A DNA stretch of 64,000 bases, from the NCBI GenBank assembly GCA_044892505.1, contig CM097883.1:290346001-290410000 (forward strand), given 5' to 3'. The position numbers and the translations under genes were made by a program. The DNA comes from Schmidtea nova. Lineage: Eukaryota. How positions within the stretch are numbered: position 1 is the first letter of the stretch; each line of letters starts with the position of its first letter. Shown in pieces: positions 12,602-26,174 of the stretch. Under the pieces are notes generated by a model. The model searched no databases. It was not told the origin of the DNA and saw nothing but the letters and a program-made list of their open reading frames with translations.

Positions 12602-12890
12602 TTATATAATTTTATTTTGGGCGTAATATCAAGGTCATTTTTCTCCACTTTTGGTTCATCAGCAGATTCTATATCTTTTTTTTGTTCTTCACCAGTTCCT
12701 ATATTTTCGAATTTATGTCATACAGCATCTTCTACATTTTTTATTTTAAAGTAAAAATTATCCAGATCAACATGTTAACCATCATCACAATCAAAAAAGT
12801 AATTTTCAAAGTTGTCATTTGTCAGTTCTTCACCTCTGAGTCAGTAAGGCTCTTAAAAATATCCCAAAGATCCTGTATTTTTGTTTCATC
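12602..12890 (-). mobile_element. Probable acidic N-terminal part of the piggyBac transposase split by the solo LTR
   Basis: Acidic low-complexity frame with stops (..EELTNDNFENYFFDCDD..IESADEPKVEKNDLDITPK) joins across the TTAT TSD to KWSANPP..ILRERHG, a piggyBac-like N-terminal motif. Confidence 0.45.
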
Positions 12891-13935
12891 TAATGAAGGA
12901 AACTAAATAAATTATATTAATTGTACAAAACATGTACAAAAAGCTAAAATATTCTTACCCTTTAAAAATCTTCACAAAGAATTGTTTATAAAAATTCCAC
13001 CAAAAATTAACGAATTAACTTATTAAAATAAACCACTTCAAATTCAAATCTTTAGAAAAATATACCGGGAAAACCCCTAAAACACAAAGAAACGCAATAT
13101 TGCATAGGAAATGAGAGTCTTTTCGAAATTATAGACAATAACTTATACCAAATGCTTGCAAAAAAAATTTGAGTCAGTTTGTCCTAAGTGCACCAAAATA
13201 TGCTTGGGCAGGATTTAAGCTATCGTAGATACGTCATATTTAATATTTGTTCGATATCCTTTTTAGTAATGCGTGTGTAATATCATAGTTGAGGAAATTT
13301 TAGTTGTCTGATATATTTATTTGATGTTAAACTTATTGAGTCCCTTACTCATAAATAATTGTATAGAAGAGCAGAAGAATAAATTAGGTAAAAGACACAC
13401 ATACACAAGAATCTTATAATAAAAATACATGCAAAAATCTTCTTTTTTTGAAATTTTCCGGATATTTCGAATGTTAATATTGATTTTACGAGTCGAAAAA
13501 TCTCTTTAAAAAACATAAATTATTATTTAAATAAAATCTATCCTAAAGTAAACTCTTTTAAATTAAAAATATCCACAAATTTTTATAAAAATGCATATTA
13601 TGCATTGCATAATTATATTTAATTTAAAAATTAAAATACCAATATAATATTAAAATATTTCAAACATCACAAATACTTATTAAATTATTGCTAGCTACAC
13701 TTAAAATGTGTCTCATTTGGACTTAATGAATGACAGCTGGTGTAATACCAATCAAAACAATAATCAACAGTGCTCGAGTCAAACAATTGATAATGCCATG
13801 CCAATAGAAACACAAAATAGCTGCGATTGAATAAAACTCTGACATTTACACCATAATAGGCTATTATAATTATTCAAAAATTAATGAAGTCATTAATTGA
13901 TGAAAGCAATTTATTAATGAATGAATATTTATGTT

Positions 13936-14095
13936 AAAGATTTTTGCTGCTTCATTGCTCACAACGCTGATAAATTCGGAGGTCCATTCCTAGAAACACT
14001 GTTTAGCATCTTTCGTGATTTTAGTACTTCAAGAAATGCCCTTTTTCTTTATTTTTCAAACTTTACTATTTGGCAGAAACTTATTCTTATCTTTT
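13936..14095 (-). pseudogene. NFYB: NF-YB histone-fold pseudogene fragment
   Basis: One frame reads KFLPNSKV*KIKKKGIS*STKITKDAKQCF*EWTSEFISVVSNEAAK, matching NF-YB [43 protein letters not shown]; three in-frame stops. Not in the ORF track. Confidence 0.85.
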
Positions 14096-14799
14096 ATACA
14101 ATTGTTATCATTCAAATCGCATTATTTGATTGAAGTTGAAAGATTAGTTATAGAAACGAACTCAGAAAATGTTTTCTAGTAATAATTATAGAGTAATTGT
14201 TCGTTTCTAAAGCATCATCAGGTAGTTGAACTTTGGTAAATTCACCTATATTTAATAACTATCAATTACGATTGGCTGTGATTTGTGCTATCGATGAAAT
14301 AAACATTGTCATTTATGGGTTCAAATTATTTGACCAAAAAGACGAGCTGAGTCAGCAGATTGAATCTTACCTCTGACATTTTAAAAATAAACCCAAAAAT
14401 ATTATTTAAACATAAAAATTCCAAAAAACAAACCTGTGATTAAAGTATTCAAAGACTTTAAATGTTCTAAAAATGTCGACTTTTATCAAAAATTGGATAA
14501 ACAATCTGATTTCTCGTTGGGAAAACTCTGTTGAAACTTGTTGAGTTTATTTTGACTAAATATATTTTGTTTTTTAAATGTTGCATTTTAATTTTCACCT
14601 CCACATTTTGCAACTTTATGTTTCTATTTAATAATTAAAAGATAAAAATAATTTTTGTCTATCAAAATCTGTTAATCAAATACAAATCTCTCCATAGAAG
14701 TGGCCAAGCTACCTTGCAGATCGCAAATAATAAAATAGTAAACTCTGGAAAATTTATTTTGAATCAAATTCGTAAATAGGTTGCTTGTTTTAAGAAATA

Positions 14800-15412
14800 T
14801 CATAAAAAGGATTGTTTCGCCGCGTCCAGCTGCGATTGATTTCCAATTCAATAGCTTCATCAATTGAAAATTCTTTATTTTTACGAAGCTTCTTTTCCCC
14901 ATAGCTTTTAGCTCCCAACTGCTTTCCACCGACCACAACAGCTCGATGACCAGCTACAAATTCACTTAGATCGGTTTTGAATAACAATATGACAATGCGA
15001 TCATTGAACAGCCTAATGGCCTCATTTCAGCTGATTGAGTGTACAATTGATTAATATCGGCAATACATCGACACATCATGTCACAGGAAATTTCGTATCC
15101 ATTTTTGTATTTAAATCGCACAGCTTCCATTTGTGCACGGCATACTTGCAATCTGCAATCAGGAATCATACCGGTCATAACGCAACCTGTACTTTCAGTT
15201 ATATTAAATAATCTTGTTGCTGAACTCTTTTCAATCATTTTATCTGAGACTTTTCTTTGTGTAGCAACTACGCCACAATCATTACCTCGGACACCAACAG
15301 AAAGTAATAGATCTAACGCAATCGCTTTAAATGTATATTCGACTTGAAATAATCTGCCTTCGGGTGCAAAAATAGTCATTTAACGATCAAAAACACTCGC
15401 GCCCAATGACAT
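14800..15412 (-). pseudogene. PSMA6: Proteasome subunit alpha-6 (alpha1) pseudogene
   Basis: [63 protein letters not shown]; stop at codon 11 and frameshift before LFKTD..FVAGHRA; no introns seen. Confidence 0.92.
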
Positions 15413-15623
15413 TTTTTAATTTATCAATTTACAAAGCAAATATCAAAAATTCAACAACGAATTTCAAAAAAATTCCAAAAGTTCCAAATTTAAATTCCAT
15501 CTCTCCAAAAACTCCATAATAATAAACAAAAAAAACACAGTAAAACAAATCTGAATAAGTCCAGTTTTTAATGAATCCAAAATTAAAGTTTTTAAATAAT
15601 TCCAAAATTCGAATCAGTCCAAA

Positions 15624-15980
15624 TTAATTTCGTAGAAATTTCATTGCGGCTGCTGAACATGTGAAAGTTGAATCGAATAAAAAATCCAGTTGGAAATAAA
15701 TTGATATTGTATTGGAGAATTTTGAGCAATAATTTAATAGGATTGTTTTCTCATTTAGTCTTGTGTAAAATACAATCCCCATTTGAAATGTTGTAAAGGA
15801 ATTAGAACAGCTTTTAATGTGTTGATACCTGTCTTCCATTGTGTCAAAAAGACTGTAATTACTTTGTTCGCCTAACTTAATTCCAGAATACTCCAAGTCG
15901 AAAGCTATTAGATCGCATTCTTTGATTTGAGTGGCAATTGTCGGATATAGAGTGTAGAAATTATTCTTGTCAAGATTCAT
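15624..15980 (-). pseudogene. PARN: Truncated PARN/CAF1-family deadenylase N-terminus
   Basis: IKECDLIAFDLEYSGI (DEDD D.E), FDTMEDRYQHIK..SNSF..FQMGI, FTCSAAAMKFL then stop; PARN versus PNLDC1/TOE1 cannot be resolved by eye. Confidence 0.75.
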
Positions 15981-16783
15981 TTACATATAAGATTTATATA
16001 GATTTCGATAAGACCGTCTAACGGCTTCCGGCTTCCAGGCTCGCTCTACAATCTCTCACAGCAATCAAACCCTGAAATTAATTATTTAATTTTTATTTAA
16101 TTACTTTTTAAAAATATTTTAATAAGCGGGCGCGACCAAGGATTTAATAAATAAAAATATAATGTACAGTCTAAAACAAATGAAAATAAATTTAATTTAA
16201 AATAAAAAACTGATAAAAATACAATTTTACTTTGATGCAAAAATTTGAAAATAAAATAAAATTTTATTAAATTTTATATAGTTTTTATTGATAAAAATAA
16301 TCAATGATGGTAAATTAATTAATTTTAAATTTTAACTCACGCACTTTCCTATTGTTAATTATACATTTTAATTTAAAAAAAACTCTCGATTAAATGCTTA
16401 ATTTGATGTTTTTCACAAAAGTTTGATAAATTTTAGCCTCATTTATCGATTATTTAAAATAAATTTTCAATTATCGATTTTTATATTAATTAAAATTTGA
16501 TATGAATATGTGATTATCTATTAAAATTAATTGTAATAATAATTAAATAATATATATTTTTAAGAATCGAGTAATAATTTGAAATATTTTAAAAATGGAT
16601 TTTGAAAAACTTTACATACAATTCTTTTTTATATTTATTTCATCATTTTTCATGTTTAATCTATCATAAATAGAGAAATAAATATATATTACGAGACACG
16701 CACACGTAAAAACAAGTATTATATAGTCAAAACCAATGAGCAACTTCGAAAACATTAAATACAACAAAATGTATTCTGTTCGT

Positions 16784-16928
16784 GTACACCAAAGCGCAAA
16801 AATTAAGGGCCAGACAGGCAAAATTTAAAGTTTCTATAATAACAAATTATTTTATATATAGAAAAAATATACATACCTACTGCAGATTAGGACAAAGTAA
16901 AATAGCACGGTCATTACGGGCCTACACT
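16784..16928 (-). repeat. Inverted copy of 533-680
   Basis: Direct sequence comparison. Confidence 0.9.
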
Positions 16929-17957
16929 TTAGAAAATAAGAAAAATTAATTAGGCCAAAAAAACACTTACACAACACACAAAAAATCTATAATGAAAAAT
17001 ACAAACACATGGACATAATTTAAGGGACAGTCTTTAATTAAGGGATTTTAAAATTTTAAAAAATCATGATTTATGATGATATTTCAGAAACATTTTTGGA
17101 ATCAACTGTACCATTTATTGGAGAGGATCAAGAAGAAATGTAAACTTACAATTATATTAAAAAATTAAAAAAAAATATTTTTAGAAATGCAGAAAATGAA
17201 GCTATAATGCCTCAAATTGCCGAAACTGTAGAAAGAAAACATCGAAAAACGTAAAAAAAATTTGAATTTTTAATTTTTAACTTAAAATTTTATAGATAAT
17301 CTGAACATGACAAAAAATTATTAAAAGAAGTAATGAAACGGCGTGAAAATTATGAAGAATTCGGCAGGTAAATATGTTTTGAACCTAAGATTAGTAAAAA
17401 CATAGTGTCGAGGTAGAAAAATGGCATTCTTACAGCAGGGAAAAGAGGCAAATAAAATGTTAGCCTAATAATTGAAGAAAATGGAATACAATGAATTGAT
17501 TGTAGACCTAAATTATTGGATTACTTTGGAAGAAATGAAAAACTTCTTGAATACAATTAGCTGCAATGTATATACAAAAACAATATCCAAATGTTTAAAA
17601 AATAAGCTGATAAAATTATAAAGACTTACTTTTTTTCTGTATTTCATAAATATCTAAAAAATATCTAGATAAAATAAATTGGTATTTAACTTAAAATATT
17701 AAATAAATTTAAAATGTTAAAATAACTTAAATACATAGCTAAAAAATTAAATTAAAAATTAAATAAGAACATAATAAATACAAACTGCCTATATTAAGTG
17801 TCTTTATGGCCCTTAATTGCAGACTGTTGGTGTATAAATTGTTAAAAAATGACCTTAACCCACATATTGTCATGAAAATTGTGGGGCGAAACCTAAAATT
17901 TACATATCTTGTTTTAATAATGCGATAACCCCAAAAAATGAACAAAAAATTGTTATT

Positions 17958-17958
17958 A

Positions 17959-18029
<71 letters not shown>

Positions 18030-18329
18030 TTTATAAAATAATGATTCCTTGGTAGCAGCATTAAGTATTAAATAATTAATAAATAACTAAATAAGCTTTT
18101 GCTGCAAACTTTTTTTATTAAACGAAAATTTTCGCTTAATAAAAATGGTTTGCAGAAAGGTTAATTTTTGTTATTTAAATATTATATTATTATTATATTA
18201 CATAATAACATTATGAATCAAAATATAATATCATATAATAATCATATAAATAAAATTTTAGTATTGCGTAATAACTACATGAATCAATATACGTTCTTAC
18301 ACAATAAATTAATTTCAGTATGATATCAT

Positions 18330-18381
<52 letters not shown>
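17958..18381. repeat. (TTA)n microsatellite (~17958-18028) and (TA)n microsatellite (~18334-18381)
   Basis: Directly visible. Confidence 0.95.
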
Positions 18382-18386
<5 letters not shown>

Positions 18387-18630
18387 AAAATTTTTATGTT
18401 ATTTTTGTATGTTCATGTAAAAAATGACTTAATAAAAATGGATACTTATACAACTTTTAAAAAGAGGGGAGGTGTCCAAAAATATCGGGGACGGGTTTCC
18501 AAATAATTGGATGGGATCTCTATGTAGCTATCATTCCTTTACATTTATTACATGACATTATATATTGATTCATGCAGTAATTACATGTAATAATAATAAT
18601 TCTTTTGAATAATAATAATATTAATATATA

Positions 18631-18900
18631 CAAATCACCAATGATGGTAACGTCTCTTTTTTGTAAACGTTTGGTTCAATTTTAATCAAATCGTTTGATA
18701 ATTTTAATTTGAACATTACAAAATCCTGTTTGTGTTAATCCATTTGCAAACTCTGAACCCTTGTTCCAATATATTTTGTTTATTCTTTCAACAAAACGAT
18801 TAGATTGCAATAATTTACAAACAAAAAGAGTTTTACCGCTACTGCTAGATCTAACAATTTGATAAACAACATCATTTTGTAATTCCATTAAAAATATTGT
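18631..18900 (-). pseudogene. Polinton/Maverick-like packaging ATPase remnant
   Basis: YQIVRSSSSGKTLFVCKLL (Walker A), KIYW.KG, and after two stops in the same frame DVTIIGDL (Walker B-like), with spacing typical of A32-like ATPases. Confidence 0.5.
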
Positions 18901-19101
18901 ATTACGAACATTTTTATACATATGTAATAAGAAAATAGACAATAAAATAAAAAAAAGATAACTATAAATTATTTTTTTAATATTGACATGCTTTTGTAGA
19001 AAATTAAATTACAATTTGAATCATTTAAAAATATGTTGGAAAATATTTTGAGAATTTGTGAAAAACTCAAAGTGTAATGATAGCAAAATTTAAAAATCTA
19101 T

Positions 19102-19857
19102 TGTAGCGATGTATAAAATCTATCTACAAAATAACTTGTAAAAATATAGTTATTTGACTACAAATTTGAAAATCTCCATCTTCAAAATAACTTGTTATTA
19201 AAACAAGTTATTTTATTTTAATAAATAATTAAATACTAATTATTTAAATATTTATTATCAGAGCCACTACAATGTCCCCCGCCGAAGTGCGCAGAGCGTA
19301 TGTAGAGCCATTGCAGTGGTGGAATGCTTGGTAATTGAAGTGTGTGTTGCTTTGAGTGATTGAATGTTTGGAGTTCGTGGTGCTTTGAGTGCTTGAATTG
19401 CTTGGTGCTTTGAGTGATTGTAGTTCTGAGTGCGTGGTGCTTTAATGTATTGGAGTGGGTGGTGCTTTGATGAATTGTAGTGCGTGGTGCTTGGAATGAT
19501 TGGTGCTTTGAGTGATTGGAGTTCTGAATGCTTGGAGTGCGTGATGATTTGAGTGATTGGAGTTCTGAGTGATTGGAGTGCGTGGTGCCTGGATTGATTG
19601 GTGCTTTGAGTGATTGGAGTTCTGAGTGTTTGGTGCTTTGATGAATTGGAGTGCGTGGTGCTTGGATTTGTCGTTTCTGACACCAATTGTAACGATGTAT
19701 AAAATCTATCTACAAAATAACTTGTAAAAATATATTTATTTAACTACAAATTTGAAAATCTCCATCTTCAAAATAACTTGTTATTAAAACAAGTTATTTT
19801 ATTTTAATAAATAATTAAATACTAAATATTTAAAAATTTATTATCGAAGGCACTACA
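19102..19857 (-). mobile_element. TRIM-like miniature LTR element, 756 bp
   Basis: Two 170-bp direct repeats (19102-19271, 19688-19857) bounded TGTA...CTACA; 5-bp TSD TCTAT; minus-strand PBS TGGTGTCAGAA (19685-19675, tRNA-Leu type) and PPT-like GGCGGGGGAC; 416-bp non-coding interior of short degenerate repeats. Confidence 0.9.
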
Positions 19858-20445
19858 TCTATATTATAACAATAGTTTTGAAAAGATCTTGTAGAGAATT
19901 AAATTGTAAATGGAATGGTGTATAAATCTCTTAAAAAATTTCTAATACTTGTGTAAAACGTGAAGTGAGTATAATACAAAAAATAAAAATTAATATTTTT
20001 ATAAACATTTATATAAAATCTTGTAGAAAAATATTTTTCAAATATTAGGAGGCAAAAAAGAATTTTGAAACATTATTTGAACACATAATTAAGTGATAAA
20101 TTTCAAAATCAAGATTATATCAAAACTTTATATACGGTATTGTGTTGATAAATTCTTTTCAAGTAGAATAATGGAATAATAAATAAGATGAAATGCACAG
20201 AGTGCTAAAAATGAAAATCAATATTATATCAAAAGATTTATATGCCAAATTGTGGAGAATTAATTTTCAAGTATAATGAGCAATAAATCTCTTCAAAATA
20301 AATTAAAGTACCTTCAAAACATGATGCGTAGTGAGTGCAAAATAAAAAATCAATTTTTTAACAAAAGTGTAACATCATCAGAAAGAACACTTGATTATCA
20401 TCTATTGTTATAAAAATTAATATGATAAAATGTTTCAGTTAATAG

Positions 20446-23400
20446 CAGTGGCGTAGCCAGGTTTTAACACCAGGAGAGCGAGAAGATTAGAAAAGGCCCC
20501 ACTAACCAAGATCAAAATAACTCATTTAATTTCAGTTAATTATATCAATTGGGATACAGTTTATACGCATTTATTTTTGCATTTTAAATATAAAAATGAA
20601 ACACCAAGTCACCAACACCCATAAAGTTAAAATCAAAAACAATAATGTTTAGTAATATCATAATATGTTATTGTATTTGTATATCAGAATAAACAAGTTA
20701 CATCAGCCTTTTTCATCTAGGCTTCATTTTAGCAAAGTTATCAATTACTTCGTTATAATTCACTTCACTAGCAAACCGTCTTTCAATCGTCGTCAAAGCT
20801 AAACCTGACAACCTGTCTTCGCCAATTGTAGAACGTACGTATGAATTAATGAGTTTGAGTCGGCTGAACGATCGTTCCGCGCCAGCACTGTTGATTGGCA
20901 ATGTTAGAAAAACACGGTACAATGTGGACAGATCAGGATAAATAGAACGCTTGTCATTGGCGATCATTAATTTCAGTACATTATTGATGGTCATTCGACT
21001 CATTTCTTCGTCACTGGAATTGTCCTTATTATTAATAATGATTATTTCCTTGTGCATGTCTTTAAAAGAAAGAAACTCTTGAACAATTTCAGTTTAACTT
21101 TCGATGACGTCAGAGTACATCTCTGCCAGATATTCTAATTTGGTCACATTATCAGCGTTGCTAAAATGCTTTGGATCTAAACAACTAAATTTGGATGCCA
21201 CGTTGTTAAAATGCTCAAATCTCTTAGTTGTGCTAGTTATAACACAATTCAGTAACACTAGGCAGGTTTCAACCATAAACCTTTTTCGAGAATCAGATAG
21301 ACCTTTATCCTGTGACATTTTCTCATGAAATCTCTTTTTTTGCCGAACTCTTTGTTGCTTATAGTCAGAAGTAATATCACATTTTTTCAGCCTGCTCAGT
21401 TGCTTCATTCTCAATCTGTTCGAACTCAGATTCAAATTCAATTCGCATGTTTTTCATATCGTTTTAAAATAGTTGAATCAAATGAGAAGCTGTTGCCAAA
21501 TCAATACTACTTCTCTGCAAATATGTGGACAGACTGAAAGCCTTATCTAGCACTTTTTTTCCATAATATTAAAAGAACTAAGAATTCTTATGTATCAAGT
21601 GTTACAAGAATACCCTTTGCCTCAGCCAACTGTTTAGTAGTACAGTTTTTTAACTCATCATCCACAATTCGTTGCAGGGCAACTAATAGTGCTGGTAAAT
21701 TCTGCAAGACTGCATCTACTGCTGATTTCCTGGATGCCCATCTGGTTTCGCAAAGTCTTTTTAGAGATAATGCAAGCGATTCTATATGATTGCATTGCTC
21801 TTCTTTTAATATTGAAAGACGAGGTAAACTGCCAGAAAAAATGTATAAAGACTTTCAAGGGTTCCAAAAAACAACTGAGTTTGAAAATTGGAAGTTACTG
21901 TGTCAATTAGAATTAAATTAAAATTATGTGCACAACAGTGGGTAAAGAGCGCATTTGGAGCAATCTGCTTAATTCTTGCTCGGATACCTGATATTTCCCC
22001 CGACATTGTGCTGGCTCCATCATATGACATACCATAACACATAGTTATTGACAAATCCAAGTTTTCAATTGCTGAAACAAGAACGTTGAAAACTTTTGGG
22101 CACTTGCTCCAGGTAATTCACTGAATTTTATAAACCTCTCTACTGCATCGCCATTTTCTGTTACATATCTCAAAGATAAAGAAAACTGGTCAATGCTACT
22201 TATATCAATAGTTGAGTCAACAATCACTGCAAAATACTTAGAAACTGTGATTTCATCCACAATTTTTGATAGAATCTGAGATGATATGAATTTTATCAGA
22301 TCATTTTGTATATCGGGACTGAGATTTGTTGCATTTCGATCCCTCATTAATAAATGTTGTTCCAATATTACATCATTTTTAGCCAACAGTTTAATCAGTT
22401 CCAAGAAATTCCCTTCGTTTGTCGCTGGCGAACCTAAGCCTTGATGCTCACGATGGCCACGAAATGCCAATCCTTTTCCCCCAAAAAACAGAACAGCAGC
22501 AAGATATGTTTTAAAAATCATCATACTTTTTCCTATTTCTTTATTTTCTGTTGTCAGAAGACCAAACAACACAGTTCTATCGTTAAACAACCAGAATTTT
22601 GTAAGAAATAGTTCTTTCTCTGCTTTTTTGTGACTTTCGCTACTTTCATGTTTTTCAATTTTGTGCGTGTCTTTAGCAAAAGTCTTGCAGCCAATTTTAG
22701 GATCACTCCAAGTATCGGATCGACTAGCAAAAGGCCAACAAGCAAAACAAATCATTTTATTAGCTTTTGGTGAGTAGACCAGCCTAAGTCTATCAATTTC
22801 ATGACCACCTTTTACTTGTTTTTTCTTATACCAATTAGCACTGAAATGACGTCCAGTTTCATCTTTTGGGAAATTTTCAAATTTATCTTTAAGACCCGGC
22901 TGACACGGGCCTAACTCAAGTAGTGCACGAACAAGTTCTGGCGTCACAGGTTTATCACAAAACAGATGTGGATCTGTTGGATATTCCATGTTTGGGTCAA
23001 TAACTGCACGAAGTCTTATTCTAACTGTGTCATCTTCGTCCTCCACCATAGGGTATGTTGACGTGATCAGGCCTACTGTTGAATCAGAACCACTTCCTGA
23101 ATAGTCACGGCAGCCGGAGTTGTGGTGTTGTTATCAACTCCTAGATTTGTTGTGAATTCTTCTTCTGGTGCCGCAGACGTTGTTGGATTGCTGAATGAAA
23201 AATATGCATCCAATTTTGAAGATTTTGAAGATTCTCTTTCACGATCTTTGATTTCTTTTTTTTCTCTTTTTATCCCATCCAGATGGTCCAGACCGTTTCT
23301 TTTTTTCAGTGTTATTTTCCATTAAAGTTTCCAAAAAATTCAGTTTCTAGGTCACAAATCACAATATTTAATTTTCAATTAATTCAATTGATTAATATTT

Positions 23401-23830
23401 TTATTTTGTTATAAACAGCAGACGATGATTATAATAAATAAATAACATTACAGTCAATGAAATATATAATCTTTGGTTTGTCTTTATGAGCAAAGACATT
23501 AAATTATAAGGCGTCAATTCTTCCAACAATCTTGCAACAGATGATAAATCAGTTTGACTCTACGATAAACTTACTAGTTTCCAGTTGTGAATTTGGTACT
23601 TGGATAAGGAAATGTTAAACTATCGAATTTATGGACGGAGTGAACACAGCTTTTAACTTTTTATGTTATTTGAACGATTGAAATAAATAAATACAGCTTT
23701 GTGACTTGCAAAATTGGAAATTGAAATTATTGAATAAAGTATTTGTTTTATTCTTGAAAAGGCCCCACTTTTTGAAAAATGGTCTCAGAGGAGCGGCCGC
23801 TTCCCCTGCTTCCCACTAGCTACGCCACTG
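20446..23830 (-). mobile_element. Full-length but frameshifted hAT element (ZMYM1/THAP12-like, DUF4371 + hATC), 3385 bp
   Basis: TIRs CAGTGGCGTAGCCAG / CTAGCTACGCCACTG (14/15); TSD GTTAATAG/GTTAATAC (7/8); LAFRGH, GNFLELI, IVDSTIDISSIDQ, YDGASTMSG, HCCAH, PINSAGAERSFSRLK motifs across several frames. Confidence 0.95.
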
Positions 23831-24022
23831 GTTAATACGACAAACAAAATATTAGAATATCATTAATTTCCAAAATATTTGTTTGCCAAATGATGAATAA
23901 TTTATTTTTGAATCTGGTGATAATAAATACGTTTTTCAATCGAGAATCGCAATAGAGTTAACCGGACCAACATCTCCTATAACAAGGGTAGGCAACTTTT
24001 TTGTACTGGAATGTCATTTTTC

Positions 24023-24024
<2 letters not shown>

Positions 24025-24093
<69 letters not shown>

Positions 24094-24234
24094 TGTGTTT
24101 TTCGATCTATTAAATCGTTGTTGCATTTGAATAAATCGTTGTTGCATCATTATCGTCGTTGTTGCAATCTATTACGTCGTTGTTGCAATCTATTACGTCT
24201 TTATTGCAATCAATCTCGTCGTTGTTGCATTTGA
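24025..24234. repeat. (TA)n tract followed by ~6 copies of a ~21-bp unit (TCGTTGTTGCAATCTATTACG)
   Basis: Units start near 24115, 24136, 24156, 24177, 24198, 24219. Confidence 0.9.
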
Positions 24235-25447
24235 TTAAGAAAAACGAATAATTTCAATTTGAGGCGCAAATTAAAGAAAAAGAAAAAACGGAAGAGTAGG
24301 AGATAGTGAGTGGTCTCGCTCAAGCTTTTTATTCCTAAACTGTATCTATTACGTAATAGTTATGCAGTTTACCCCGGCCGCCCGCCCCCGGCGCGTGTTG
24401 ACGAAGCCGATTATCAATTTTACTGAAATAAAGTTTTATTTTAAACTTGTTTTTGACCCATCTTTGTTCGCCATTGAATTCTCAGTAGATTGGTATAAAA
24501 ATTATTTAAATCTGAGAATTTTTGAAAGTTTTGGAAAAAATTTTGAAAAATTAATTTATTTTATATTTTTTGTAAAAATTATGAAAAAATAAATAAAAAT
24601 TAATAAATTTCAGTGTTACGTCACCAATTGTATAAGAAATAAGTGTTTATGTAATTTTTTAAAGTTTTTTTCTAAAATTACGTAAAATATAAAGTGTTAC
24701 ATAATGATTACGTTATTTATTTGAAGTATTGTGTAATGAGTAAAGTATCACATAGCGATTTCATAAAACATTAAGTGTTATGTAATGGTTATGTAATGAA
24801 TCCGTAATATATAAAATATTACATATTTTTAGGGGGTGAGTGGGATAAATTGAATAATTATTACGTAATATATATAGTTTCGGGATAAGTCGCTTGAATA
24901 TATATTATATATATATATAATATATGCAAAAACTCTAATATATACATTTTAATATACAAATATGTCATATCAGCATATCATGTTTTTGGCTTTCCAAAAT
25001 TTGCAATGTGATGTGTATTTTTGTATTTTTGTTTTTTCTACCAATTATGTTTACGAAAGCATTTGTTTGCTTCATATATCAAACCAAATCGATAATAGTA
25101 GAAATCAATTTTAGCACTTTTAAAGCAAATTTAACACTTTAAATGAATAGATAAAAAACGCACGAAAACCTTTTACACAAACATGTGATAGATCATCGAC
25201 TAAATCTGTGAAAACGTCATTAGCAAGATCGGAATTTTTTTTGTATTAAATTTAGGTAATAAAAACGGAAATTATAAAATTTTCACTAGTTTTATTTTGA
25301 TAATTTTGCAATTATTAATTATTTATTGACAAATTAAAAAAATTATAAGTAAAATGTTTTTTTAATAAATATAAATTTTTAAGGATTCTTTTAGATTTTT
25401 ATTCATGAAATTATCTAAAGTTTTGACAGCCATATAATCGGATGTCT

Positions 25448-25451
<4 letters not shown>

Positions 25452-25526
<75 letters not shown>

Positions 25527-25928
25527 TAAAAATATTTTAATCATATATCTTACTTCTCTAAAAATATAAAAACTTTTAAATTTTATATATATTTTAAAAT
25601 TCCAATAGTTTATTTTATAATATAAAATATTTTCTATTTATCGTCATTATAAACAAAAATATTAACGGGCACTCTATAAAAAGCTTAAATAAAAATATAA
25701 ATAATCTAACAATTTGTTTACAACATTATTTAAAGAGGAAAATATACACATTATTGACTGTTTATTTACACTCACTATCGTGAAAATTGTTTTACCATTG
25801 TGTATTCTAAAACTCATGTACATTTTATATTTACTGAATAGTGATTTTTTGTACTCCAATTATATTTAAAAACATGTTCTTCGACGAAATTGCTCGAATA
25901 CTTATATTTCAGGAAGGTATTTTCCAAG

Positions 25929-25995
<67 letters not shown>
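25452..25995. repeat. Two (TA)n microsatellites (~25452-25523, ~25931-25995)
   Basis: Directly visible. Confidence 0.95.
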
Positions 25996-26000
<5 letters not shown>

Positions 26001-26174
26001 CAATAATTCTAATAATGACTATAGATTAAAATTTTTTTTTATAAACAATAACACAATATTTCGGCACAGCCTCTATCAAAATACACACTTGATAAAGGCT
26101 GTGCCGAAATATTGTGTTATTGTTTATAAAAAAAAAATTTTTGATCTATAGTCATTATGAGAATTATTGATAAT
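25996..26174. repeat. Near-perfect palindrome, ~85-bp arms, 9-nt loop
   Basis: ATTATCAATAATTC...TTCGGCACAGCCT.TATCAA [loop 26080-26088] TTGATA.AGGCTGTGCCGAA...GAATTATTGATAAT, a few mismatches. Confidence 0.92.

Noticed and set aside
533-16928. Inverted 150-bp copies as TIRs of a 16-kb gene-capturing transposon
   Set aside because: Outer flanks (CACGGTGT versus TTAGAAAA) give no TSD and the repeat holds an intron-like segment, so a duplicated gene fragment is simpler
16990-17600. Exon-like pieces with short introns on the plus strand (also 1-200)
   Set aside because: No consistent reading frame or recognisable protein could be assembled
19267-19686. 139-aa His/Thr/Ser-rich ORF inside the TRIM
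   Set aside because: Translation of the internal minisatellite with a GTG-type start; no domain
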